DNA from: Tubulanus polymorphus
Lineage: Eukaryota > Animalia > Nemertea
Direction: 5' to 3'
DNA length: 64,000 bases
Assembly (NCBI RefSeq): GCF_964204645.1
Contig: NC_134026.1
Span: forward strand, 6,471,950-6,535,949
In this document: positions 1 through 11,913 of the stretch, piece by piece
Position numbering within the stretch: position 1 is the first letter of the stretch
Layout: the number at the start of each line of letters is the position of its first letter
Notes under the pieces: model-generated
The model's database searches: none
The model's input: the letters and a program-made list of their open reading frames with translations, nothing else
What the model was told of the DNA's origin: nothing
Program-made: the position numbers and the translations under genes

Positions 1-155
1 AACCTTAGTGTCTGATGTACCACAAATTGGGTAAACTAGGATCCAGATCGACTGAGATCACTGTGAAACAACCACTTCCAGGACTGGGTGAAAAATAGTA
101 ACGACAGATTATGACTTGAGCCAGCTTGACTGTATTATTCTAATTAGTAACTTAC

Positions 156-1061
156 CATTAATGGTGCCCAGCATATCGTGAATATCAGAGTTATAGCGAC
201 TAAAAGTAGCACCATTTGAGATTCCATTGAGTGGCAAGGAGTTTGCATCGGCGACGGAGAACGTCTATCTCCATCTTCCCGCGCAGGCCAACTTAACCGT
301 ATCCGTTTTAGCCGAACTTTCAACAGAACACGAGTGACGAATATATTGCATCCGATTATCGTCAGAATCAATAGAATGTTGACGACGGCGAACGTGAAAG
401 CGTAGGCGCTTCCGACCGGATCTTCGGCGTGGAAATTCAAAAAACACCAAGTACCGGGATATTGCAACGCGTAATGACCGAACCCGAAAAACGGAAAACT
501 GGCGAACAGCACAACGACCGCCCATAACACCGCTAGTAATATCCGTGCTCGGGAATGATTAAAATACGTCGAATAGAAAAACCAGAAATTCAACGCGATC
601 ACTCTTTCGACCGCCATAGCGCAGACGATCAGAGGCGTAACCAGTCCGAACACGATCATCACAAACGCGTGGTATTCACAGGTAAGGTCGCCTCCGACCC
701 ATTTACGATTGTTGATATAGACGATTATAGGCATAAACGAAGTGAGAATCTGTCCCATGAGATCGGTGATGACCAGCGCGGCGACTAGCGTATAAAACAC
801 TGTTCGATGTTTAGATTTTCGCGATCGGTGCAAAACGACCAACGCTAAAACGTTGCCGATGAATCCGGCTAGAAACATTAACAGCGGAGCCGCTAAATTA
901 ATCCCGACCGTATCCCTGATTAAACAGCGCGTATCGTTTATACCGAGATCCAGTTCGCAGTTTATCGCGAAATTATCCATTTCTTCTTCGCTGAGGATTT
1001 GATCCGTTTCATTTGAAACAGTTCGCTGCTGATCGGTGATGTTGTAATTCGCCTTCATCAT
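156..1061 (-). CDS. Prostaglandin E2 receptor EP4-like class A GPCR, first coding exon (N-terminus to TM6); the rest of the gene lies left of the window
   Basis: Translation shows prostanoid-receptor motifs: GFIGNVLALVVL (TM1), FYTLVAALVITDLMGQ (TM2), CAMAVERVIAL (TM3), QYPGTWCF (ECL2 signature) and ICWAPLM (TM6). Acceptor ttttcAG lies before 1170, the first ATG is at 1061 (MMKANYN) and the donor GTAAGT follows 156 (phase 0, 302 codons). An intron in TM6 is characteristic of prostanoid receptor genes. Confidence 0.9.
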
Positions 1062-1974
1062 TGGCGTATGTCGCTTCCCTGGCGTGTATGACTGTCTGAT
1101 ACTGCTGCTGCTGCTGCCCACACAGTCGGCGTTGTTGTTGAAACCAAACAACCGTCCGTGACGTCTTGACCTGAAAATAAACAAGATTTCGTGTTAAATG
1201 GACGTGAAAACTGAGAAAACGTCTGAAACATGATATCTCTTTATAACCATTTACACAGATATACAGAAGCCACATCGTGGATGAACTGTCCCATTCACTA
1301 GCTTGATGAAATCAATTATACAGCCCAATAGAGGATGAATTCATTGCATTCAACAGGGCGTGGTTGTTAATCGTCATCATTTTGTGATAAGTAGCCAGCC
1401 GATAATTCGAATTCAGAATGACGTCATCTGTAGTTTATTTGCGTGAAAATGGCAGTGTTTGCGTAACAGTCTGAAATCTCAAAATCACACGCGGTACTTG
1501 TATAACACGTTTATATAACACTGATCTGATGACATCGTAGTGAGGGGAATAACATGAAAATGAACTTATTTTGACTTTGGTCACGATTTTATTCAAAATT
1601 GAATACAGTGACTGCGTCATTGTTATGCAAACTATTTGGATGGCAACACAAATTCTAACTTGAATAGAAATGGTTCATTAGTAGGAGTTAAGACAACAGC
1701 GCCAACACAAATACACAGTAGGGACTTATGTGACCTTAAATCTTGTTAACGAATGCGAGGCGTTAGTTGTTAAACTGGCTACAGAACTAGAATGGCCTAA
1801 GACGAAATTGGAACTATGACACCACGGTCCGGTACAAAAGTGGCCTTAAATCATAAGATTGGTCATAAAGTTGTAAGATGGCCTATAGAACTAGGATCGC
1901 GCCTTGACTGTGCTGTTCCCTGGAACTGAAAATTCAAATGAATGGTCTACTTGTGAACATATTATTGTTAGAAT

Positions 1975-2277
1975 CAAGGGTGTGTTTAGGGGGTGGACCG
2001 GGTGGACTGGTCCACCCCCTTAAAAAACTCGAATGTGCCCTCTAAAAAGTCTAGAAAAAACTTTTGCAAAGAAAATTTCAAAGCCTAAAAATAAATCAAA
2101 ATGGGTCCTGATAAGGGCAAGAAAAGCCCCTGTTTGGCCTAAATGTTCTGTGGGAGGGCCACCAGAACCCCCACCAATATTTCGCTTGCAGCCCTCGCAT
2201 TGCCAAATCCGCCCTTTCAAAGTGCCCATTCGAATTTCAAGGTCCAACCATTTCAAGGAATCCTAGATTCGCCCATG
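1975..2277. mobile_element. Non-autonomous DNA transposon (MITE), about 300 bp
   Basis: Imperfect TIRs: CAAGGGTGTGTTTAGG against the reverse complement of the right end, CATGGGCGAATCTAGG. Internal hairpin GGGGGTGGACC...GGTCCACCCCC. AGAAT occurs on both flanks (1970-1974, 2278-2282) as a possible 5-bp TSD. Confidence 0.55.
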
Positions 2278-5200
2278 AGAATACACCAGACATGAAGGTG
2301 TCAGCCCTCATCACGGTTCGTTTTCTCAACTAACCTTGTCCAACACAACTCTTTAGATGGTTATCCCGGCAGTCTGACCATTAAGACATTTACTGATACG
2401 GTATAGAACCAGCAGTGTGATATATTGTCAGTCGCTGTCAGGTTTGCTTATAAAAGATAAGCTTATTTGTATGCATAGGCTTGTTTGGTTAAATTGCTGC
2501 AAAGACCTTAGGAACCCGCTAACCAGCCGTCGATTGCCCACGCTCGCACGAGGCTTCAGATGTGCAGTTTGCGTCTCTTAAATAACGACTTTAAATATAC
2601 AATTTACGATTCCGGGTGGAAATTTCGATGAATAGAGGAATAGAGGTCTGTAGCATGATGTCGTGAAAAGGTCACGAATTACGCACGGGTTTTTAAAAGT
2701 CGACGTTTAGAATCGTTTGCAATCGACGTCTGACCTTTCGTTGCATCGCCGGGTGGTGCTTACTCGTGGCGAGCGCAGGGTTTTTTGAATATTTCTTATG
2801 ACGTCATTGTGGTAATACCACCAGTCGCAGGTGGTGGTGGTAGTGCTCGTGTTGAGAGCTCCAGATATTTCTAATTAAAGATACAAGTGATTACCGCTAT
2901 ACAAAGAAATTGCGTCGGTTTTATTGGATATGGCCGGGGCAATACATTACACCAATTCATATAATATGAGCGTAATTTGTCCCATTTCTAATATTCAATG
3001 TGTCATGACGTGAAAAGATTTGTCGACGTTTTTGCGCAGACCGCTAATCCCAACATAAAATATATATAACATGTCGAATTCAAAATGTCAGCGAACAGCT
3101 CCGCGACATTCTGCGCAAATTCGAATTGATGAATGCCATCATTAGTTCAGCATCCAGGGTTCGATTTCTACAAGGGGCTGAAGAGAATCTAGATTAACGC
3201 GTTTTCAGCCTTCGTGGTTACTTAATGGCTCACTCGGTGCAAGACTTATTGAAAAAAAGGTTTTAATCTAAAAACATTCGCAATGGGCTTATGTAAAGAA
3301 TGTCACATCGTTTAACTTGCTATTGTTGTATTATTGTTATGATTTTTATGCAATGATGACGAAACCTTACTAATCTCATAGACGTCAATGTCAATGTCCT
3401 TTCCGATAAATCGAAGTCCGTTAAGGTGTCAAATTGATTTGTCTTACGTTTTGTCTGATCACTTGTCTCGAAATCTTTTAGTATTTATTACGAAACACAT
3501 CCAAAGCCAGTGAAAATTTTTTCAGAGATGGTAAAATTATGAACGATGCTATAATGATAGACGCTAAATATTCATACGGAGTTTTTGATGTAAATTCCAT
3601 TCGAAATAGATTACACCGTTGTTGCACTTAACTCCAGACTGAAAAACGAATAAAACGAACGCGTTGGGAATTGCGTTTATTACATAAAACGTCATTTATC
3701 ATGCTATAATCCTAGCCGAGACACGATGACATTTTATCCGCTTATAGCGATTACATATTTTTCTTACCTTTCAGCAAAGATCCGCGTCTGAAACGACGTA
3801 GAATGTAATCATCCGACGAGTTGGAATTGAACGGAGCGTTGAATTTGACACGATTCATCTTTTTTATGATTGGCGAAATTCAATTGCCCCCGTAGCGCCC
3901 GACGCGCCGCGGTCTGTTTCTGGTAACCTAGACAATTTCATTCAAAATTCATGACAACGTAGTTTTGCAGTTCTTCAGACGTAATTAAGAAATCGGAAAA
4001 AAGACATTTCTATTCGCCTTTTCCCGGGGTGTCTGACTGGCGGGCAGTAAACTGCGGTATTCCCGACGCGGGGAAATTCAATTTTCTGTCTTAAATGGAT
4101 CAGACAATTTTCCTGTGTCATTTTGCAATTCTATCTCGAACCGAGCGACGAATAAAAGTGTTTCGACGGTTGCATCTAAATTGGAGTTCAGTTGACCGAA
4201 AAATACACACATTAGTGTTCTCGACGCGTTGCTGAGAATAGAAAACATTTTAAGGGAGTGGATGCTTCAAAAATGCTTCTGCCTATTCTGACATTACGAG
4301 TTTAATTAAGTATGAAGTTGAAGGGAGTGAAACAAGGAGAAACAGAGGGAAAGAAAAGTATAAAAGAAACAGCGAATAGACAAGGATGTGGAGGATGAAT
4401 TGAACCCGGGTCCCGTTTACAAAAGCCAATCGTAATAACCAGTACGGTAACCATATTCCACTGGCGGACGCCTAGCGTCCACAGTTAAAAAGCCGTAAGT
4501 CCTATTTGTGGAACAAATGCTAGTTGTAAGGTTACATTTTTCATAAGTAGCAGCTGTAGTCTTACGCAGATATCTTGTGACCTTTCCGGGACCGAAGAAA
4601 AAACGCCTCGGCCATCTTTTTAAAACAGATTTTGCTTGACAATCGCCGATGAAACTCGTAATGGGCAATTTCCTATATGAGATAAAAACAGTAATGGAGT
4701 AATGGAATAAGAGACTAACACAGTGACCAATGCCGCTGCAATCTAACGAACATAAGAGTAACATTTATAGACCCAATCGATCAGAAAGAAGCTTCAGACC
4801 ACATTTCTTCCATTATCGCATCCATAATTGTTTCGTAGCCACCGGAGAATCGGATTTCACCGCTTACAAAACATATTAGTCCCCCGTACATAGAGGCGAC
4901 ATTCTGCAGATCTCTGCGCGAGTTGCACAAGTTTCACTTTGCCTTTTATAAGCACGGTTAATTGACATTCAACTATTCACGACAGCTTATCACATTATGC
5001 CGGAAGTAAAGAGCTATAAACTGCATGCTTTTCCTCGCACGGATTCAATTGCTATTTTGAACATCTGAAACCGCATTGAAACGACATTAATTAACATTAG
5101 ACTGATGAATAATTCATTAACTAATAGATGAATTTCCTTTTAAAAAAATGTTAAGAATAAGACTACACTCCTGATAGACTCATAATTAGACTGCAGTGGT

Positions 5201-5354
5201 TATGTATTCATTCTTAGTCAAGTAAAAGGTAAAAAGGCAAGGGAGCGCTTTTTTGATCTGCATTTCTCGGGGAATTTCAAAAGAAATCGACATTTTGATC
5301 ATTACATGGTAGTTTGATCGATCGAAAAAAACGTCTCTACATTAGTTTCATACA

Positions 5355-5524
5355 TACGAACCCCGGAGGTGACATGGTGAAAAAGTAATTCGTGGGAACG
5401 AAATAATCTTTTTCGTAGGACCGAAAAGTTTTTCGAGGGAACGAAATGATATTTCGTTCGAACGAAAAGATTATTGCATTCCCTCGAAAAAGAAAAAAAA
5501 ACATTATTTCAGTATGGCTCCTTA
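5355..5524. mobile_element. Short non-autonomous IS3EU-like element (MITE) with 6-bp TSD
   Basis: CATACA direct repeat at 5349-5354 and 5525-5530. The element starts TACGAACCCCGGAGGTGACATG and ends in TA, with internal repeats of TCGNGGGAACGAAA-like modules. The right TIR is degenerate. Confidence 0.55.
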
Positions 5525-8500
5525 CATACATTCAATCTTGAAATATAAAAGATCTTTCAGCTAAAATGGTCTAGTTAGAAAAAAGACCTGAATGATTATG
5601 ATAAATTGTCACATAAATACAGGAAACCGAAGCTCGCATTGTTTTGATTGCTGTAAACAACAGAAATTGGCCGAAAAGGTCGTTTGTGTCGCGGTGATTA
5701 CGACAGTCATTTCTAGAAAATGGTTGATTTGATTTATTATTATAACTGTGTCCCTGGAAATGTCGTCCCGATGCGGTCGTTATTGGTAACCTGCGATTAG
5801 TATCTATAATGATGAAGACTTGCCCCACGGTTCAGTAATAACTCGGCACCAGCATTAGCAGCAGCAGCACCAGCACCAGCGCGACGGTAAACTGTCTCTC
5901 ATCAATCGTTTATTGTCGTCGTCCAGCGTTTGTTTTTTTTTCGAGTGAAGCAAAATATACTCAGAGGTTCCAGCGCGTTACTGATTGCGAATACAGCGAA
6001 TTAACCCCTAGTAGCACTTTACTCCTGATGATATTTACAATCAAATCACACACGTCGTCCGGGAATATCATTTGCTCGCGCTGAATTGGCAGCAAGAGAA
6101 AAGAAGCGAAAGTGAAATAGTGTTCGTCAATGAGTTCAACTATAACCAGCTAAGCGATTTATACAATGGCCAATCTGCTGATTGGTACTGATCATTTTTC
6201 GACGAGTGCAACTGTTAAGGTGACGTCATAGTGTATTTGCCAACTGTTTGCGCCGGAGACTTGCCATTAAAGATAAATCTCGGGCTTGTAATATTACGGT
6301 GGGGGATCTATAGCAGTGAGAAAATTAAAAGAATGGTAAACATATTGATAACCGATAGAATCGATCCGTGAAGCGACGGAGACAAGACGACTTTAAGAAC
6401 TAACGGTGGCTGTGTTTATCAAACTGCGTAATTTATACCACAAATTACTGTTAGCAAAATATTGGCTGATTTTTTTGTGTTTGTTCGTAATCAGAGGGTG
6501 CTGGCAACAATCTCTGCGGGGTGGCAGAAGCGAGAGGTTGCTGCGAATATCCGAGGAGTGGAAGAAGCGAAAACAAGACAAAATACATTGATTTCATGGG
6601 CCGCACGCGATTCTTCGTGTTCCAGTCGTGAACGGAACTATTTTTGTAGGATCCATTTCTCGATATCAGTTTAACATAATTCCACGTTGTCACATATTCT
6701 CTTCTTATCTTAGTATAACGACGAAAGTGTTTCATCGTGTGTTGGTTTCAAACACATTTACAACGTTGGAAGGAGGAAAAACTGTGAGCCAAATTGACAA
6801 GATGGAGACCCGGTTTCCGGATTAGAATTCCATCAATCTTCTTCAGTTGAAGAGACAAAAAAAACAACGGATATATTTTAACTCCAGATAGAACCCAATA
6901 TTTCAAAACCGATGAAAGAATGGTGGAGGGGTCCAGTCATCCACAATTATGAAGAAAAAGAGAAGTGACGTTTGGACTTAATTCTGTCGGCCATTTCTAA
7001 AACTAAGAGAGTAATGACATTTAGATTCTGTGAACCAGTTTTAAAATTGGCTCGTAGAATGTTCTTCTCTGCAATTGAGTATTGGGCATCCGCTTGTTTG
7101 TGGAAACCAACGAAATAGGAAGATATACATCTATGATTGTCAATGATTTGTTTATGGTTTGGTTTGATTTGCACCGAATTTCCACGTATTTGACCCTGGA
7201 TTGTCAGCCGTGTGTTTTGTCTTTGAGCAATGATCTATCATCAGCAATCAAGACGACAGTATCTCTTATATCACACGTAACAATCTTATAACATATCGCT
7301 GAACAAACTGCCAGTAATTGTCACGCTCAACGCGAGTCGAACAGACTATCAACAACACAGCACGTTCGTAACTTCCGTCGAGGTATTATGCACTGAATTA
7401 TGGACAAAGCTGTAGAAAACCACAACAATAGCATTTCCGGGGTGTCCACTGACATCATTGTATTGTTGATACTTCCAGCAATTAACGAATAATTCCGCTT
7501 ATCACCAACACTTTGTATGGATGGTAAGAGGGTTCAGTCCGGAGAAACACGAGGATCTGGCATTGCCAAAAAACACGTGCAGCTCTGGCACCGGATGATT
7601 TGTTCCGTATGAAAGCACGGGCTTCAAAGATCTTATTAGGATTAGATTTAGGATTCATAATTGAACTGTATTTATAGATTTACGGGCATTTATTTTAATG
7701 TTCCATCACGGATGTGATTGTTAATGTATTAATTACGTAGATCGGACTGTATTATTCCGTTGAGTTGCGATCAGTAGAGAATGCTAGATTTCCCCTGACG
7801 TTTGGCCAAAGGTTAATACACGCAAATAAAAGCACACGTTATTAATCCGTAGGTATCATGGAATCTATAATCATATTAAACTCTGTCATAGCGCTGAATG
7901 TAACCAATTTGCAATCAGTCTAATTCAATAGAGGTACATCCGCGGTGACCGACCCCAGCGCGGTGACCCGTCCACTTCGGGCCTTCCCAGTGGATTACTG
8001 CAACAACCTCGACAAATGAAACTTGATTGCATCGAGAAGGTCTCTTTCAATTATATAATAGAGGCAGAGAGGTTGTAAGGGGTCACAACCCGTTGTCATT
8101 ATTGCCATTCAAAGGAGCGCAAGCGAGGAGTGCAAATCTTCGAAAAATCAGTAAATATTGTAAGACGTGCAGAATAAGGCATGTCCATGTGTCGACGCGA
8201 AAAAGCGCGGTCCTCCTGAAGTACATTTCGTAGATGCGACAATTTTTTTGGTTATTCAGTGGTGTATCAGGAATGTTCAAGATAGCGGCTATGTGGGGGG
8301 TGTGATGATAGGACCGTATATATAGAAAAGGACATCATTGATTGTGACAAAATCATGGCCGTAAAAATGTGATATTTGAACTCAGTTAGCCCCGTGCGCT
8401 TGACGGATGATGTGCTGTGACGTGAATGAGGGAAACTTGACTATAAACGTTCAACCTCGGTTCCAGTGTACTGATCTTTTGACAAACTGCGCACTTATGT

Positions 8501-9534
8501 ATATTATCATATATTCACAGCGATGAATTTTATTGCAAGTTTTCGCTGGAATTGTTGACGATTAAAGTCGTGGTGAAAGCATATGAGAGTAATTATTACA
8601 ACCGACGGGTAAGATATAAAATGCCCGTTCCACCGGAGCACTTCACACTCCGTACATATCCGTCGACAGGCTTCAATAACGATCTTCCAGTATCAATAAC
8701 CTCCGATGAAGAACAGCTCATATTATATTGATCCAATTTCGATTTTCTTTTCGTTTGCGTGACTTCGAATAAAACGATATACGCGGCATTTATGTTATTT
8801 TGTACGGCCAGCGTGACGATAGGAAGTCCGATACTCCTATGCGTATTTTAGTGATTTCATTGACTCACTCAGCGGACGAGAATTGAGTCAATCAGACGAC
8901 GACATGAAAGAGACAGGTCGATATGATCGCTTTATTGGATATTGTTTGAAGTAGAGAAAATTGAGACGACGCCCAAAATATTTGATTTGCAGCGCACTTT
9001 CTACACAAGCTATCGACCAAATACAGAAATAACCGGCTGATCATGTCCATGATTTGACCTTTAAGTAGTTATCGTTGTAATTTTCAGCCCTCGAGAACCC
9101 GTGGCAAGACCTTGAACTAGCCGTAGTGATAACTGTCATTCGTATTAAGCGAAGTCCTTCAAATTATCCCAGGAATGAATGGTAACGACGGCTTTCATAA
9201 CTCCCTCGTCAGTTGCGCTTTCATCGAAAATGATATCTTTCGATATCATCGCGAACGCGCTCAACTCTAATGAATAGTAAGACGAGATTATGAGACTTAA
9301 AGAAGACACGTTTAATCGCATCCGCAGAGATCGAAATTAGATTCGTTAAACGGCTTTTGAGAATGAACGATTTACGTTCGCATTACACTAAAATATCCGT
9401 GAATTTATGACAGATATCTATGAGAAGAGATGGCCGCCGGATTAAAACTTGGAACCATGGCCCAGTTATACGTTGTGACTTGAGCAAGAATGGTGTCTTA
9501 AGTATTGGATTGTTACGTAGATCTTCTATAGAAC

Positions 9535-9568
9535 CTTGGAGTAATCATTTGAAAATGATTACTCCAAG
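9535..9568. mobile_element. 34-bp palindromic micro-element, copy 1
   Basis: CTTGGAGTAATCATTT-ga-AAATGATTACTCCAAG is a perfect 16-bp inverted repeat. Flanks ATAGAAC/ATAGATC match 6/7. A second copy is at 40335. Confidence 0.65.
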
Positions 9569-10034
9569 ATAGATCAAGATGGTCTTATACTGGTCTTACC
9601 GAAGCCATTACTCTACAACTAGCCTCAAGGTTTTTATGATTTTTGGAGGGATTTGTCCCCATAGATGTGTCCTCTGGCCACTTAGTAGATCTGTCAAGTA
9701 CCTCTCAGAGTTCATTGTATGAAAATGTTGATTTTCACATAAAATTCTTTCACAACAAGTGACAACCATAAAATTATATTATGAAATATATCAAAACAGC
9801 GTTGAATAATGCAAGACGAGTTCGTGTCAATTTTCAGCTCCGGTGGAAATTACTTTGTTTTGTATTCACCCGGAATCTATTGACGTGTGCGCCACAATAT
9901 TTACTTCAAAGCAGTTCCGCATTCCGTCAACACAAATCGATTCGAGTTGAAAGAGTTCTCGCGCTCATAAATCATCACGATATTCTCTCGGGATTCAATA
10001 ACCATATTAACGAAATCGTCTGATTGATACACTT

Positions 10035-10340
10035 GTGACCATTTCAGAATCGGGGGTCACTTATATTGCTTTATGTAATAACCCCCAAGTTTGCTTTGCC
10101 TCTTTTATAGCTGAAACGAAACATTTCGGACTTCGTCTTTCTTGTCTTATTAGTATGACATTTTCTATGAATCGGGGGTCGGTTATATTCACTATTGCTT
10201 ACCATTGCTTTAGATAATAACCCCCAAGTTTGTTTTTATGCCTTAATTGATTCGGGTCTTTTATATCTTTAAGGAAACTCGTCGGACTTCATCTTTCTCG
10301 TCTTATTAGCGTGGCATGCTCTATGAATGGGGGGTCACTT
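10035..10340. repeat. Degenerate tandem duplication, about 120-170-bp units
   Basis: Recurring blocks GAATCGGGGGTC, ATAACCCCCAAGTTTG and CGGACTTC-TCTTTCT-GTCTTATTAG. Confidence 0.55.
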
Positions 10341-11165
10341 GCTATCTGAGTGTGTCTTAACCATTACATATATCCGAAATCGTGGTGAAAACGGTCAGTT
10401 AATATGAGCCGCGAGTTAGGGGAGGATGTTTCTCTCTTTACTCAATTTGCCGGTCTTTGCTCGCAAACAATGACACGTGATTGATTTCTGTGGTTTTCGG
10501 TGGACATCAGCTGGAGGCAATTTCCATAACGACCGCTGAGAATCTCGGCACGATACTTATAGTCGAAGCTGCGGCTGATTTGAATAGCGATATTTTTCAG
10601 GGGTTTTTTCTGACGATCCTGCAAACGACAGGTTCAGAGTAGATTGACGCAATTGGCTCATTAACCGTACACAGCTGCGTCTGTTGTATGGTTAATTAAA
10701 TGTTAATTTATATAAATTGAATTCGCATGTTTAGACGCGAGGTGGTCTGTTGCTCTAGCTCTAGTATTTTACAAATGCGTCGATGCCTTGTTTGCGGTTG
10801 ACGGTTTTAATCAAATTGCGCGTCAACGAAGGGACCTTTCATTACAATCTAATGTCTGTGACGATGATGTATACGCGAAACGATATGTCTTGTTAGATTC
10901 GTCTCCGTAACGAGGTTTAGACCAGGGACCTGTTTCACTGGTATGGCTTAGATTCAAGACCAATCTTAGAATAGTTCTATAGCCAGAAATGGGCCTCGAG
11001 TGTTTATTTCCGTAGACGCAAACCGTACAATCTAAGAATAAACGATTTTTCAGAATATTCAAACGTTCAGAATGTATGTTCCACAGTTCACAGATTTGTA
11101 ATTTGTAATTTAAGGCTGACGATTGTTAGTCTAACGGCATGTTTTCAATGTAACACTCAGGATTG

Positions 11166-11827
11166 TATGGTGGCTGATTCGGGCCATGTAAAATTTTTTT
11201 TTCGTCCTCCACGAAAACGCGCAAAAACAAATATGACCGCGCAAAAACAAATATGACCGCGCAAAAACAAACTTTTAACGCGCAAAAACGAAATAATCCG
11301 TTTTTGCGCGCTAAATCTTTGTTTTTGCGCGCGCGCAAAAACGAATATTTGTTTTTGCGCCCGCGCAAAACCGAAAGTTTGTTTTTGCGCGCGCGCAAAA
11401 ACAAATATTACCGCGCAAAAACAAACTTTTAACGCGCAAAAACGAAATAATCCGTTTTTGCGCGCTAAATCTTTGTTTTTGCGCGCGCGCAAAAACGAAT
11501 ATTTGTTTTTGCGCCCGCGCAAAAACGAAAGTTTGTTTTTGCGCGCGCGCAAAAACAAATATTACCGCGCAAAAACAAACTTTTAACGCGCAAAAACGAA
11601 ATAATCCGTTTTTGCGCGCTAAATCTTTGTTTTTGCGCGCGCGCAAAAACGAATATTTGTTTTTGCGCCCGCGCAAAAACGAAAGTTTGTTTTTGCGCGC
11701 GCGCAAAAACAAATATTACCGCGCAAAAACAAACTTTTAACGCGCAAAAACGAAATAATCCGTTTTTGCGCGCTAAATCTTTGTTTTTGCGCGCGCGCAA
11801 AAACGAAAGTTTGTTTTTGCGCGCGCG
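11166..11827. repeat. Left TIR arm: unique terminus of about 50 bp plus about 4 copies of a 154-bp unit of GCGCAAAAAC/GTTTTTGCGC modules
   Basis: The 154-bp period is visible directly and in ORF-track offsets (11404/11558/11712). The arm is the reverse complement of 17934-18518. Confidence 0.92.
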
Positions 11828-11913
11828 TATTATCTCACAGCGTAGCCTGATATAGTTTTGATGTATGCGCACTTGGACATCGTCAGAGGATAGTCGTAGA
11901 CTTGTTGTGGACA

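Noticed and set aside
7300-7500. Minus-strand GHPGNAIVVVFY resembling a GPCR TM1
   Set aside because: No continuing frame or further motifs; too short to support.
11220-11827. CRISPR-like appearance of palindromic repeats
   Set aside because: The spacers are themselves repeated with a 154-bp period, there are no cas genes, and the context is eukaryotic.
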